Shown here in pieces: positions 26,400 through 34,725 of a DNA stretch of 56,563 nt. The DNA is from Steroidobacteraceae bacterium. Its GTDB lineage: Bacteria > Pseudomonadota > Gammaproteobacteria > Steroidobacterales > Steroidobacteraceae. Every line of letters begins with the position of its first letter. Position 1 is the first letter of the stretch. The translations under genes and the position numbers were made by a program. Location of the stretch: the NCBI GenBank assembly GCA_050738555.1, contig JBOHZO010000159.1, forward strand, positions 1 to 56,563. Reading direction: 5' to 3'. The notes beneath the pieces were generated by a model. The model was not told the origin of the DNA, did no database searches, and worked only from the letters and a program-made list of their open reading frames with translations.

Positions 26400-26726
26400 G
26401 TGTCCAAGTACCTCCTGATCGAGTCTCAAGACTCATTCTCGACCAGCGCCGTCGGCGAGCACGTCGAGCTCGCCGCCTCGCTCAAGCGCTCCGGCAGCGA
26501 GGTGACGCTCTATCTCCTGCAGAACGGCGTCTTGCCCTGCCGCTCCGGCGCCGATGGCGAGGCGCTTCACGAAGCGATCGCCGCGGGCGTCGAGGTGCTG
26601 GCCGACGACTACTCGCTGCGCGAGCGCGGCATCGCCGACTCCGACCTCGCGCGCGGCGTGAAGCCCGCCGCGATCGACCTCGTGGTCAAGCGCCTCGCGG
26701 CATCCTGGAAAGTGATGTTCCTCTGA
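26400..26726 (+). CDS. DsrE/DsrF-family protein (DsrF/TusC-like, no active-site Cys)
   Basis: GTG start after GGGGAG, 108 aa. ...GVEVLADDYSLRERGIADSDLARGV...VMFL matches the DsrE/F C-terminal pattern. Confidence 0.65.
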   Translation: MSKYLLIESQDSFSTSAVGEHVELAASLKRSGSEVTLYLLQNGVLPCRSGADGEALHEAIAAGVEVLADDYSLRERGIADSDLARGVKPAAIDLVVKRLAASWKVMFL

Positions 26727-26739
26727 ATCGGAGAATCGC

Positions 26740-27147
26740 ATGACGAGCGCATTGACCTTCGCGATCATGGACGCGCCGTTCGAGAACGCGCGCACCGTCA
26801 CCGTTTTCCGCCTGATCCAGGCGGCCCTGAAGGCGGGGCACGACGTCAACGTCTTCGCCTACGAGGGCGCGGTCGGGCTTGCCTTCGCGCGGCAGGCAGC
26901 GCATCCGAATGCCGTGCACGGCCGTGACGCAGCCGCGGAGAACCATCCCCTGCCGCGCGTCTGGATCGCGGAGCTCCTGCGGCTCGCGCAGAACGCCGGC
27001 AGGAAACTGGACTGGGTGAACTGCGGGCTCTGCGTCGACGAGCGCGGCATGGGCGAGGCGATCGAGGGCGTCCGCCGCGGGACCCCGGCAGATCTCTGGA
27101 AGCTGTCCGTCGAGTCCGCCAACACGCTCACCGTCGGGACGCGCTGA
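26740..27147 (+). CDS. DsrE/TusD-like sulfurtransferase subunit (Cys-containing)
   Basis: 135 aa, RBS GGAGA. WVNCGLCVDERGMG resembles the DsrE/TusD active-site Cys context (vCvaaaqrRGi). Confidence 0.65.
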   Translation: MTSALTFAIMDAPFENARTVTVFRLIQAALKAGHDVNVFAYEGAVGLAFARQAAHPNAVHGRDAAAENHPLPRVWIAELLRLAQNAGRKLDWVNCGLCVDERGMGEAIEGVRRGTPADLWKLSVESANTLTVGTR

Positions 27148-27157
27148 AGGAGCCGAC

Positions 27158-27538
27158 ATGAAGACGCTGCAAGTGGTCGAAACCGCCTATCGCGCGACCG
27201 TGGAAGAGCAGGACGACACGATCGTCTGGCTGACGCATGCCATGGCGGGCGCGGGCGGCCAGTTCGGCATGCTGCTGACAGGGAACGCGGTCTGCTACGC
27301 CGTGCCGGGGCAGCGCGCGCCCGCGCTCGCGATCGGCGAGTGGCAGCAGAGCCATTCGCCGGACCTTTCCGCCGATCTCGCGGCGCTCATTCCGAAGGGC
27401 GTGTCGCTGTACGCGGTCGAGGAGGATCTCGAGGAGCGCGGGCTGCGCGACGCGAAGCTCATTGCTCCGCTGACCGTCATTGCGCGGGACGAGCTGCCGC
27501 GGCTCTTCGAGGAGTATCCACGCATCTGGAAATGGTGA
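27158..27538 (+). CDS. DsrH/TusB-like protein
   Basis: 126 aa, RBS GAAGGAG. The C-terminus LYAVEEDLEERGL...ELPRLFEEYPRIWKW matches the DsrH/TusB pattern (D..aRG...W at the end). Confidence 0.6.
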   Translation: MKTLQVVETAYRATVEEQDDTIVWLTHAMAGAGGQFGMLLTGNAVCYAVPGQRAPALAIGEWQQSHSPDLSADLAALIPKGVSLYAVEEDLEERGLRDAKLIAPLTVIARDELPRLFEEYPRIWKW

Positions 27539-27552
27539 AGAGGAGAGGCGAG

Positions 27553-27621
27553 ATGACGAGAGCAAGGATGTCAGTCATTGCATTGCCGTTGCTCGCCGCC
27601 ACGGGCGGGCAAACCAATTAG
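27553..27621 (+). CDS. Mini-ORF (22 aa, MTRARMSVIALPLLAATGGQTN), speculative
   Basis: Good RBS GAGGAGAGG 5 nt upstream. Lies between the dsrH-like gene and the FAD oxidase. No homology was recognised. Confidence 0.2.
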   Translation: MTRARMSVIALPLLAATGGQTN

Positions 27622-27695
27622 GCGCGAGCGACACTCCATCAACCCGCCTCACGCGCTGATTGCACCGTTCCGTTCAGGAAATGGCGAGGTGTCAC

Positions 27696-29183
27696 ATGGA
27701 TCGACGCAGATTCTGTCAGACGACCCTGGCAACGGGATTAGCGGCCGCCTTTCCGTACACCGCCGTGTGCGACGCGCCCGCCGGCGTCCCCACGACCGCC
27801 GACACGAACATTGCCGCCGTATCCTTGGACGGCGCCGCGATCGAGCTGGAGAAGGCCGAGATCAACGAGCTGGCGCGAAGCCTGACCGGAGCGTTGCTGC
27901 TGTCCGGTCATCCCGATTACGACAGTGCCCGCAAGATCTGGAACGGTATGCACGACAAGCGCCCGGCCCTGATCGCCCGCTGCGCGAATGCCGGGGACAT
28001 CAGCCTCGCCGTCACGTTTGCCCGTGAGCGCGGACTCCTGACCGCCGTGCGCGGCGGCGGGCACAGCTGGCCGGGAAAATCCGTCTGCGACGGCGGGCTG
28101 ATGATCGATCTCGCGCGCATGAATACCGTCACCGTCGATCGCGGCAAGCAACGCGCCTACGCCATGGGCGGCGCCTGGTTGCACGCGCTCGATACCGCCG
28201 CGCGTGAACACGGCCTCATCACGACGGCCGGCGTCGTGTCGCACACCGGTGTCGGCGGTTTTACGCTCGGCGGTGGCTTCGGCCGCCTCAATCGCAAGTT
28301 CGGTCTGGCCATCGACAATCTGGCGTCCGCCGAGCTCGTAACCGCCGACGGCGCGGTTCGCCGCGTCAGCGACGATGAAAATGCCGATCTGTACTGGGCC
28401 ATTCGTGGCGGCGGCGGCAATTTCGGCGTCGTCTCGCAGTTCGAGTACCGGTTGCATCCGTTTCCGCTGCAAGTGTATTCGGGAAATATCGTCTGGCCCG
28501 TCGAGCAGGCACGTGAAGTACTGGACTTCTACGGCGACTGGCACGCGGGATTATCCGATGACCTGTACGTCGGACCGGCTATGGTCACGATGCCGGATGG
28601 CAAGGGCGTACTGATCATGGAAGTCGTCCATGCGGGCGATCCGGCGCTGGGGGAGAAGGAGCTGGCGCCCTTGCTCAGAGTCGGCAAGCCGGTTGAAAAC
28701 GGCGTCGCGCTGAACGATTACATGATGATGCAGACGCAGGAAGACGCGAATTTCGCGCATGGCATCCGCTCCTACGCCAAGAATGGCGTGGTCAAGGCGT
28801 TCACGCCCGAACTGATCGATGCGATGATCGAAGCCTACGTTCCGGATCCGCGAATCGCGTTATTTACGCATACGGCGGGTGGGGCCGTGAAGCGCGTCGG
28901 CGAGCTTGCAACGGCGTTTCCGCACCGCAATGCCGAGTCGATGATCATCGTCGCGGGAGGCTGGACCGATCCCGATCACGATGCCGAGGCGATGGCGATC
29001 GCTCGGGACTGGTTCAGGATGCTCGAGCCCTTCACCGGCGGCTACTATGACAACATCGAATTCGAACCGGAGTCAGTCTCCGGAAATTACGGGCCGGCAT
29101 ACAAGCGCCTGGCCGAGACCAAGGCCCGGCACGACCCGACGAACCTGTTCCGCCTGAACAGCAATATCCTGCCGGCGACCTAA
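27696..29183 (+). CDS. FAD-binding oxidoreductase (PCMH/BBE-like), Tat-exported
   Basis: RBS GAGGTG precedes MDRRRFCQTTLATGLAAAFPYTAV (twin-arginine signal). FAD_binding_4 motifs (RGGGHSW, GGG.G) and a BBE-like C-terminus (NLFRLNSNI) are present. Confidence 0.85.
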   Translation: MDRRRFCQTTLATGLAAAFPYTAVCDAPAGVPTTADTNIAAVSLDGAAIELEKAEINELARSLTGALLLSGHPDYDSARKIWNGMHDKRPALIARCANAGDISLAVTFARERGLLTAVRGGGHSWPGKSVCDGGLMIDLARMNTVTVDRGKQRAYAMGGAWLHALDTAAREHGLITTAGVVSHTGVGGFTLGGGFGRLNRKFGLAIDNLASAELVTADGAVRRVSDDENADLYWAIRGGGGNFGVVSQFEYRLHPFPLQVYSGNIVWPVEQAREVLDFYGDWHAGLSDDLYVGPAMVTMPDGKGVLIMEVVHAGDPALGEKELAPLLRVGKPVENGVALNDYMMMQTQEDANFAHGIRSYAKNGVVKAFTPELIDAMIEAYVPDPRIALFTHTAGGAVKRVGELATAFPHRNAESMIIVAGGWTDPDHDAEAMAIARDWFRMLEPFTGGYYDNIEFEPESVSGNYGPAYKRLAETKARHDPTNLFRLNSNILPAT

Positions 29184-29184
29184 G

Positions 29185-30879
29185 CTATACAGCGCGCAGT
29201 TCGTCGCGCAGGCTCCGCCTGAGGATCTTGCCGACGTTGGTCTTCGGCAGCTCGTCCCGGAAGTAGATGAACTTCGGCACCTTGTAGGGCGTCAGCTCGC
29301 GCTTGCAGCAGGCGACGACGTCTTCGGCGGTCAGCTTCGGATCCTTGCGGACGATGAACAGCGCGACGACCTCGCCCGACTTCTCGTCCGGTTGCGCGAC
29401 AGCCGCGACCTCGCAGACGCCCGGCATCTGCGCGACCACGCCTTCGACTTCGTTCGGATAGACGTTGAAGCCCGACACCAGGATCATGTCTTTCTTGCGG
29501 TCCTCGATGAAGGTTCGCCCGCGTTCGTCCATGCGGCCGATGTCGCCGGTGCGCAGCCACCCGTTCGGCAACATCACCTTGGCCGTTTCTTCCGGGCGAT
29601 TCCAGTAACCGCGCATCACCTGCGGCCCGCGCAGGCAGATTTCACCGACCGAGCCGGTCGGCAGCGCATTGCCGTCGTCGTCGCGGATCGAGATTTCGGT
29701 CGACGGCAACGGATAGCCGATCGAACCGGTGAACTCGAGTGTGCGCGGCAGGTTCGCCGTGCCGACCGGCGAGGATTCGGTGAGTCCCCAGCCCTGGCAG
29801 ATGTGCCGGCCGGTGACCTCCCGCCAGCGCTCGGAAACCGCGGCCTGCACTGCCATGCCGCCGCCGAGCGCGACCTTGAGCGAGCTGAAATCGAGTTGCG
29901 CGAATCCGGGGGTGTTCAGCAGCGCATTGAAGAGCGTGTTGACGCCCGTGATGAACGTGAAGCGCACCTTCGACAATTCCTTGACGAAACCAGCCATGTC
30001 GCGCGGGTTGGTGATCAGGACATTGTGACCGCCGACCCTGGTGAACACGAGCAGGTTCGTGGTGAGGGCGAATACGTGATAGAGGGGCAGCGCCGTGATG
30101 ACCGCGGGATTCTTGAATTCGGACAGCTCCGGCATGAACGCGACGGTCTGGAGCGTGTTCGCAACCATGTTGCGGTGAGTGAGCACCGCGCCCTTCGAGA
30201 TGCCCGTCGTCCCGCCCGTGTATTGCAGGAAAGCGACGTCTTCGCCCGAGACGTCCACCGCGTCCAGATTGTGCGAGGCGCCGCGGGCCAGCGCTTCCTT
30301 GAAACGCACCGCGCCCGGCAGCGACCAGGCGGGCACCATCTTCTTGACGCGCCGGATCACGAGATTCGTGATCGGGCCCTTCGGGAAGCCGAGCAGATCG
30401 CCGATTCCGGTCACGATGACGCGCTTGACCGGCGTGCGCGGCAGCACCTGTTCGAGCGTCGCGCAGGCGTTCTCGAAGACCACGATCACGGTCGCGCCGG
30501 AATCCTTGAGCTGGTGCTCGAGCTCGCGCGCCGTGTAGAGCGGATTGACGTTGACGACGGTGCAGCCGGCCCGCAGTGTGCCGATGATCGCGATGGGGTA
30601 TTGCAGGATGTTCGGCATCATCAGGGCAACGCGGTCGCCCTTTCCGAGGCCGGCTTCCTTCTGGAGCCAGGCGCCGAAGTGGCGCGAGTTCTCCGCGATC
30701 GCGGCGTAGTCCAGCGCGCGCCCCATGTTGGAAAACGCGGTCGAGGCCGCGTGATCCCGGCAGGCATCCTCGAACAGCTGTTTCAGCGAGCGGATCGAAT
30801 CCGGATCGATTTCCGCGGGAACGTCGGGCGGGTAGTCGCGGAGCCATGACTTTTCCGCGGTATCGTTCGCGTCATTCAT
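29185..30879 (-). CDS. fadD: Long-chain fatty-acid--CoA ligase
   Basis: 564 aa. AMP-binding motif LQYTGGTTGISKGAVLTH and C-terminal PKTNVGKILRR. Confidence 0.9.
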   Translation of the reverse strand: MNDANDTAEKSWLRDYPPDVPAEIDPDSIRSLKQLFEDACRDHAASTAFSNMGRALDYAAIAENSRHFGAWLQKEAGLGKGDRVALMMPNILQYPIAIIGTLRAGCTVVNVNPLYTARELEHQLKDSGATVIVVFENACATLEQVLPRTPVKRVIVTGIGDLLGFPKGPITNLVIRRVKKMVPAWSLPGAVRFKEALARGASHNLDAVDVSGEDVAFLQYTGGTTGISKGAVLTHRNMVANTLQTVAFMPELSEFKNPAVITALPLYHVFALTTNLLVFTRVGGHNVLITNPRDMAGFVKELSKVRFTFITGVNTLFNALLNTPGFAQLDFSSLKVALGGGMAVQAAVSERWREVTGRHICQGWGLTESSPVGTANLPRTLEFTGSIGYPLPSTEISIRDDDGNALPTGSVGEICLRGPQVMRGYWNRPEETAKVMLPNGWLRTGDIGRMDERGRTFIEDRKKDMILVSGFNVYPNEVEGVVAQMPGVCEVAAVAQPDEKSGEVVALFIVRKDPKLTAEDVVACCKRELTPYKVPKFIYFRDELPKTNVGKILRRSLRDELRAV

Positions 30880-30945
30880 TGCTGCAACGCAAAAATGGCG
30901 CCGGTTTTTCCGGCCGGCAATCGTCGCGATTTGACGCGCCTTTGA

Positions 30946-31563
30946 CTAGGGGCGCAAGAGCGGCGAGAGCTGGACCCAGACGTTGTCCAGGAGGAGCGGT
31001 TGCGCCTTGGCATTCGGGTGAATGCCGTCCGGCTGGAAATATGCCAGGTCGAGCGCGACCGCGGGGTCCATGAGCCCGGCGACGCCAATGCGGTAGCGCG
31101 TCGCCAGGTCGCGATAGATCTGCTGGAAGGAATTGCTGTACTGCGGTCCATAGTTGGTCGGCACGCGGACCGTGAGCAGGAGCACCTCGGCGCCAGCCGC
31201 GCGGCTCTTCGTGATGAGGAGCGCCAGGTTCGCCTGCACGCGGGATACGGGGAGCCCGCGCAGGCCGTCATTGCCTCCGAGCTCGATGATCACGATGCCG
31301 GGCTCGTGTGTCGCGAGCGCGCGATCGAGCCGCGCGACGCCCCCGTCCGTCGTCTCGCCGCTGACGCTGGCGTTGACGACACGGTGACCGTAACCTTGTT
31401 TTTTCAATCGCTGCTGCAACAGGGCGACCCAGCCCTGGCCGGGCGCGAGCCCGTAGCCGGCCGACAGCGAATCGCCTACCACGAGGATTACCGGCGGTTC
31501 GGCCGCCCGCGAAGGCAGCGCCGCCGCCAAGAGCCATAACGTCAGGACCAGAACGTAGCGCAT
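30946..31563 (-). CDS. tesA: SGNH/GDSL arylesterase - acyl-CoA thioesterase I / lysophospholipase L1
   Basis: Start at MRYVLVLTLWLLAAALPSRA (signal peptide). SGNH blocks GDSLSAGYG, GGNDG and DGIHP. Shows the classical divergent tesA/ybbA arrangement. Confidence 0.9.
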   Translation of the reverse strand: MRYVLVLTLWLLAAALPSRAAEPPVILVVGDSLSAGYGLAPGQGWVALLQQRLKKQGYGHRVVNASVSGETTDGGVARLDRALATHEPGIVIIELGGNDGLRGLPVSRVQANLALLITKSRAAGAEVLLLTVRVPTNYGPQYSNSFQQIYRDLATRYRIGVAGLMDPAVALDLAYFQPDGIHPNAKAQPLLLDNVWVQLSPLLRP

Positions 31564-32236
31564 GGACAACAAGACCGTTCTCGAAGCCAGGAGTTTACGC
31601 AAGCAGGTTACCAGCCCGGAGGGAATGCTGACCATCCTGGACGACGTGAGCCTCGCAGTCACGGCGGGCGAAACCGTCGCCGTGGTCGGCGCATCGGGCG
31701 CCGGAAAATCCACTCTGCTCGCATTGCTGGCCGGGCTCGACGAGCCGTCGGACGGCGAGGTCTGGCTCGAAGGGATCGAGCTGTCGGCACTGGACGAAGA
31801 CGGTCGTGCGGCCGCGCGAGCGAGACATGTCGGCTTCGTATTCCAGTCGTTTCATCTTGTGCCTTCCCTGACGGCGCTGGAGAACGTGATGCTGCCGCTC
31901 GAGCTTGCGGGGCGGTCCGATGCGCGCGCCACCGCGCGAACCGCGCTGCAGCAGGTCGGGTTGGGGCCGCGGCTCGGGCATTATCCGCGGCAGCTCTCCG
32001 GCGGCGAGCAGCAACGCGTCGCGATCGCCCGGGCGTTCGTCACGCGTCCCTCGGTGCTGTTCGCGGACGAGCCGACCGGCAATCTCGACGCTGCGACCGG
32101 CGCGCGGGTGATCGATTTGCTGTTCGACCTGAATGCCGCAAACGGGACCACGCTCGTGCTCGTGACGCACGATCGCGAAATCGCGAGGCGCTGCAGCCGC
32201 GTCGTCGAAATGGACGCTGGAAGGCTGGTGCACTGA
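31562..32236 (+). CDS. ybbA: ABC transporter ATP-binding protein (YbbA/LolD-like)
   Basis: 224 aa. Walker A GASGAGKST, signature LSGGEQQR, Walker B LFADEPT. Confidence 0.9.
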   Translation: MDNKTVLEARSLRKQVTSPEGMLTILDDVSLAVTAGETVAVVGASGAGKSTLLALLAGLDEPSDGEVWLEGIELSALDEDGRAAARARHVGFVFQSFHLVPSLTALENVMLPLELAGRSDARATARTALQQVGLGPRLGHYPRQLSGGEQQRVAIARAFVTRPSVLFADEPTGNLDAATGARVIDLLFDLNAANGTTLVLVTHDREIARRCSRVVEMDAGRLVH

Positions 32237-34725
32237 TGCGCGCACTGCGGTTCGCGATGGTTGCGCTCTTGCGCGACTGGCGCTCGGGCGAGCTCGCGGT
32301 GCTCCTCGCCGCGCTCCTCGTCGCGGTGACCGCGCTGACGGGCGTCGGATTCTTCACCGACCGCATCGGCCAGGCGGTGGAGCAGCGCGCCGCCGAGGTG
32401 ATCGCCGCGGACCTTCGGCTGCGCTCCGGACAGCCGGTCGCAACGACGTATGAGAAGCTCGCCGCCGAACGCGACATCCAGACGGCGCGAACGACGGCAT
32501 TCCCCAGCGTCGTGTTCTTCGGCGCGGACTCGGCGCTGGCGGCGGTGCGGGCCGTGGGCCCGGGCTATCCGCTCCGCGGCCGCGTCAAGATCTCGGATGC
32601 GCCATTCGAGCCGGCGCGCGAAACGGACACGCTGCCCCGGCGTGGCGAGGTCTGGCTCGATTCGCGCCTGCTCGCGCGCCTCGGCGCCGGCATCGGCGAT
32701 CGCGTCACCATCGGCGCGCGCGCTTTCACGGTCACCCGGGTTCTGGACTACCGGCCTGATCAGGGCTCGGCTTTCGTCGATCTTGCGCCGTCACTCCTCA
32801 TCCCGCTCGCCGACCTGGATTCGACCGAGCTCCTCGGCCCCGGCAGCCGCGCGACATATTCCGTCCTTTTCGCCGGCAGGCCCGCGGCGATCCGCGCGTT
32901 CAAGTCGCTGCTCGGCGAGCGCAAGCAGCCGGGTGAACGGCTCGTCGACGTCTCCGAGGAAAGTCCGCAGATCCAGTCCTCGACCCGGCGCGCCGGGCGC
33001 TTCCTGAATCTCTCCGCGATGATCACGGTGCTGCTCGCCGCGGTCGCGGTCGCCATGGCGGCGCGGCGCTACACGGAGCGGCATCTCGACAATGTCGCCC
33101 TCATGAAATGCATGGGTGCGCCGCAGCGTCTCGTCCTCCAGGTCACGGTCATCGAGCTCGCCTTGATCGCGCTCATCGCGGCGGTTTTCGGCAGCGCCCT
33201 CGGTTACGTCGCGCAGGAACTGCTGACGCGGCTCCTCGGCGATCTCGTCCGCGCGGATCTGCCGCCACCCACGCTCGCACCCGCGATTCTCGGAGCGGCG
33301 ACGGCGCTCGCGATCCTGGTCGGATTCGCGCTGCCGCCGATGCTGCAACTGAAGCGAGTGCCGCCGGCGCGGGTATTGCGGCGCAATCTCGAGCCGCCGC
33401 CGCTGCTTTATTCAGTCTCAATCGGGCTCGCGGTCGCGGCCTTGCTCGGCGTCCTGTACTGGCTGGTGCGCGACGCGAAGCTCGTCGGTTTCGTCGCGGC
33501 GGGAATCGCGGTCACACTCGCCGTCCTGTATGCGGCAGGCTTTGTGCTCGTGCGGCTCGCAGGGCGGATGCGCGGCGCCGTGGGCGTCGCCTGGCGCTAC
33601 GGGGTCGCCAATCTCGCGCGCCGCGGGCGCGAGAGCGTGGTGCAGGTGGTGGCTTTCGGCCTGAGCCTGATGGTGCTGCTCCTGCTCGCCATCGTGCGGA
33701 ACGATCTCCTCGAAGACTGGCGCGCGAGCCTGCCTGCCGACACGCCGAATTTCTTCATGATCAACATCCCGGCGGCGGATACGCGGGATTTCGTGAGATT
33801 CATCGAAGAGCGCGGCCTGCCGGCGCCGCGGCTCTTTCCGATGATCCGCGCGCGCCTGACGGCCATCAACGGCGAGTCGCTCGATGACATGAAACCCGCG
33901 ACCGATCGCGGCCGCGGCTTCGCCGAACGCGAGCAGAATCTCTCCTGGGCCGAGACGCCGCAGGAGGGCAACAGGATCGTCGCGGGGCGCTGGTGGACCG
34001 AGGCGGATCGCGGCAAGGCGCTCGTCTCGGTCGCGACCGACTACGAAGAGGAGCTGGGTCTGAAACTCGGCGACAAGCTTCGCTTCGACGTCGCCGGCGA
34101 GACGATCGAAGCGGAGGTCGCGAGTTTTCGCGAGGTGGAATGGGACAGTTTCCGGCCGAATTTCTTCCTGGTGTTCTCGCCGGGCACCCTCGATGGCCTC
34201 GCCGGCACCTGGCTCACGAGCATGCGGCTCGACTCCGGGCAGCGGAAAATGCTGGTGGATCTCGTGCGGCGATTCCCTTCGGTCTCGGTATTCGATATCG
34301 ATGCCATTCTGTCGCAGGTGCGTGACGTGATCGATCGCGCCTCGATCGCCGTTCAATACGTGTTCCTCTTCACGCTCGCAGCCGGCATCACGGTGCTCTT
34401 GGCCGCCATCCAGTCGACCCGCGACGAGCGCCGTTACGAGAGCGCGATGTTGCGGACGCTGGGCGCGAGGCGGCGTGTCGTGCTCGCGGGGGTCGCCTCG
34501 GAGTTCACGGCGCTCGGCATGCTGTCAGGCGTGCTCGCCGCGATCGGTGCGACGCTCGCCGGCTGGTTGCTGGCGAGGGAAGTATTCGATCTCAGCTACT
34601 CGATCAATCCCTGGGTCTGGGCCATCGGCCTGGCTGCGGGTGCGATCATTGTCGGCGGCGCAGGAACATTCGCGGCGAGAAAGGTGATCAATCATCCGCC
34701 GATCAGCACGCTGCGTGAGCACTAG
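32236..34725 (+). CDS. ybbP: ABC transporter permease, duplicated FtsX-like domains (YbbP-like)
   Basis: 829 aa, multi-TM, with two FtsX-type 4-TM modules. TGATG overlap with ybbA. Confidence 0.88.
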   Translation: MRALRFAMVALLRDWRSGELAVLLAALLVAVTALTGVGFFTDRIGQAVEQRAAEVIAADLRLRSGQPVATTYEKLAAERDIQTARTTAFPSVVFFGADSALAAVRAVGPGYPLRGRVKISDAPFEPARETDTLPRRGEVWLDSRLLARLGAGIGDRVTIGARAFTVTRVLDYRPDQGSAFVDLAPSLLIPLADLDSTELLGPGSRATYSVLFAGRPAAIRAFKSLLGERKQPGERLVDVSEESPQIQSSTRRAGRFLNLSAMITVLLAAVAVAMAARRYTERHLDNVALMKCMGAPQRLVLQVTVIELALIALIAAVFGSALGYVAQELLTRLLGDLVRADLPPPTLAPAILGAATALAILVGFALPPMLQLKRVPPARVLRRNLEPPPLLYSVSIGLAVAALLGVLYWLVRDAKLVGFVAAGIAVTLAVLYAAGFVLVRLAGRMRGAVGVAWRYGVANLARRGRESVVQVVAFGLSLMVLLLLAIVRNDLLEDWRASLPADTPNFFMINIPAADTRDFVRFIEERGLPAPRLFPMIRARLTAINGESLDDMKPATDRGRGFAEREQNLSWAETPQEGNRIVAGRWWTEADRGKALVSVATDYEEELGLKLGDKLRFDVAGETIEAEVASFREVEWDSFRPNFFLVFSPGTLDGLAGTWLTSMRLDSGQRKMLVDLVRRFPSVSVFDIDAILSQVRDVIDRASIAVQYVFLFTLAAGITVLLAAIQSTRDERRYESAMLRTLGARRRVVLAGVASEFTALGMLSGVLAAIGATLAGWLLAREVFDLSYSINPWVWAIGLAAGAIIVGGAGTFAARKVINHPPISTLREH

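Noticed and set aside
34722-34725. Convergent ybbP and PQQ-dehydrogenase stop codons share a palindromic CTAG
   Set aside because: The overlap is real but trivial. It is a 4-nt overlap of two TAG stops with no further implication.
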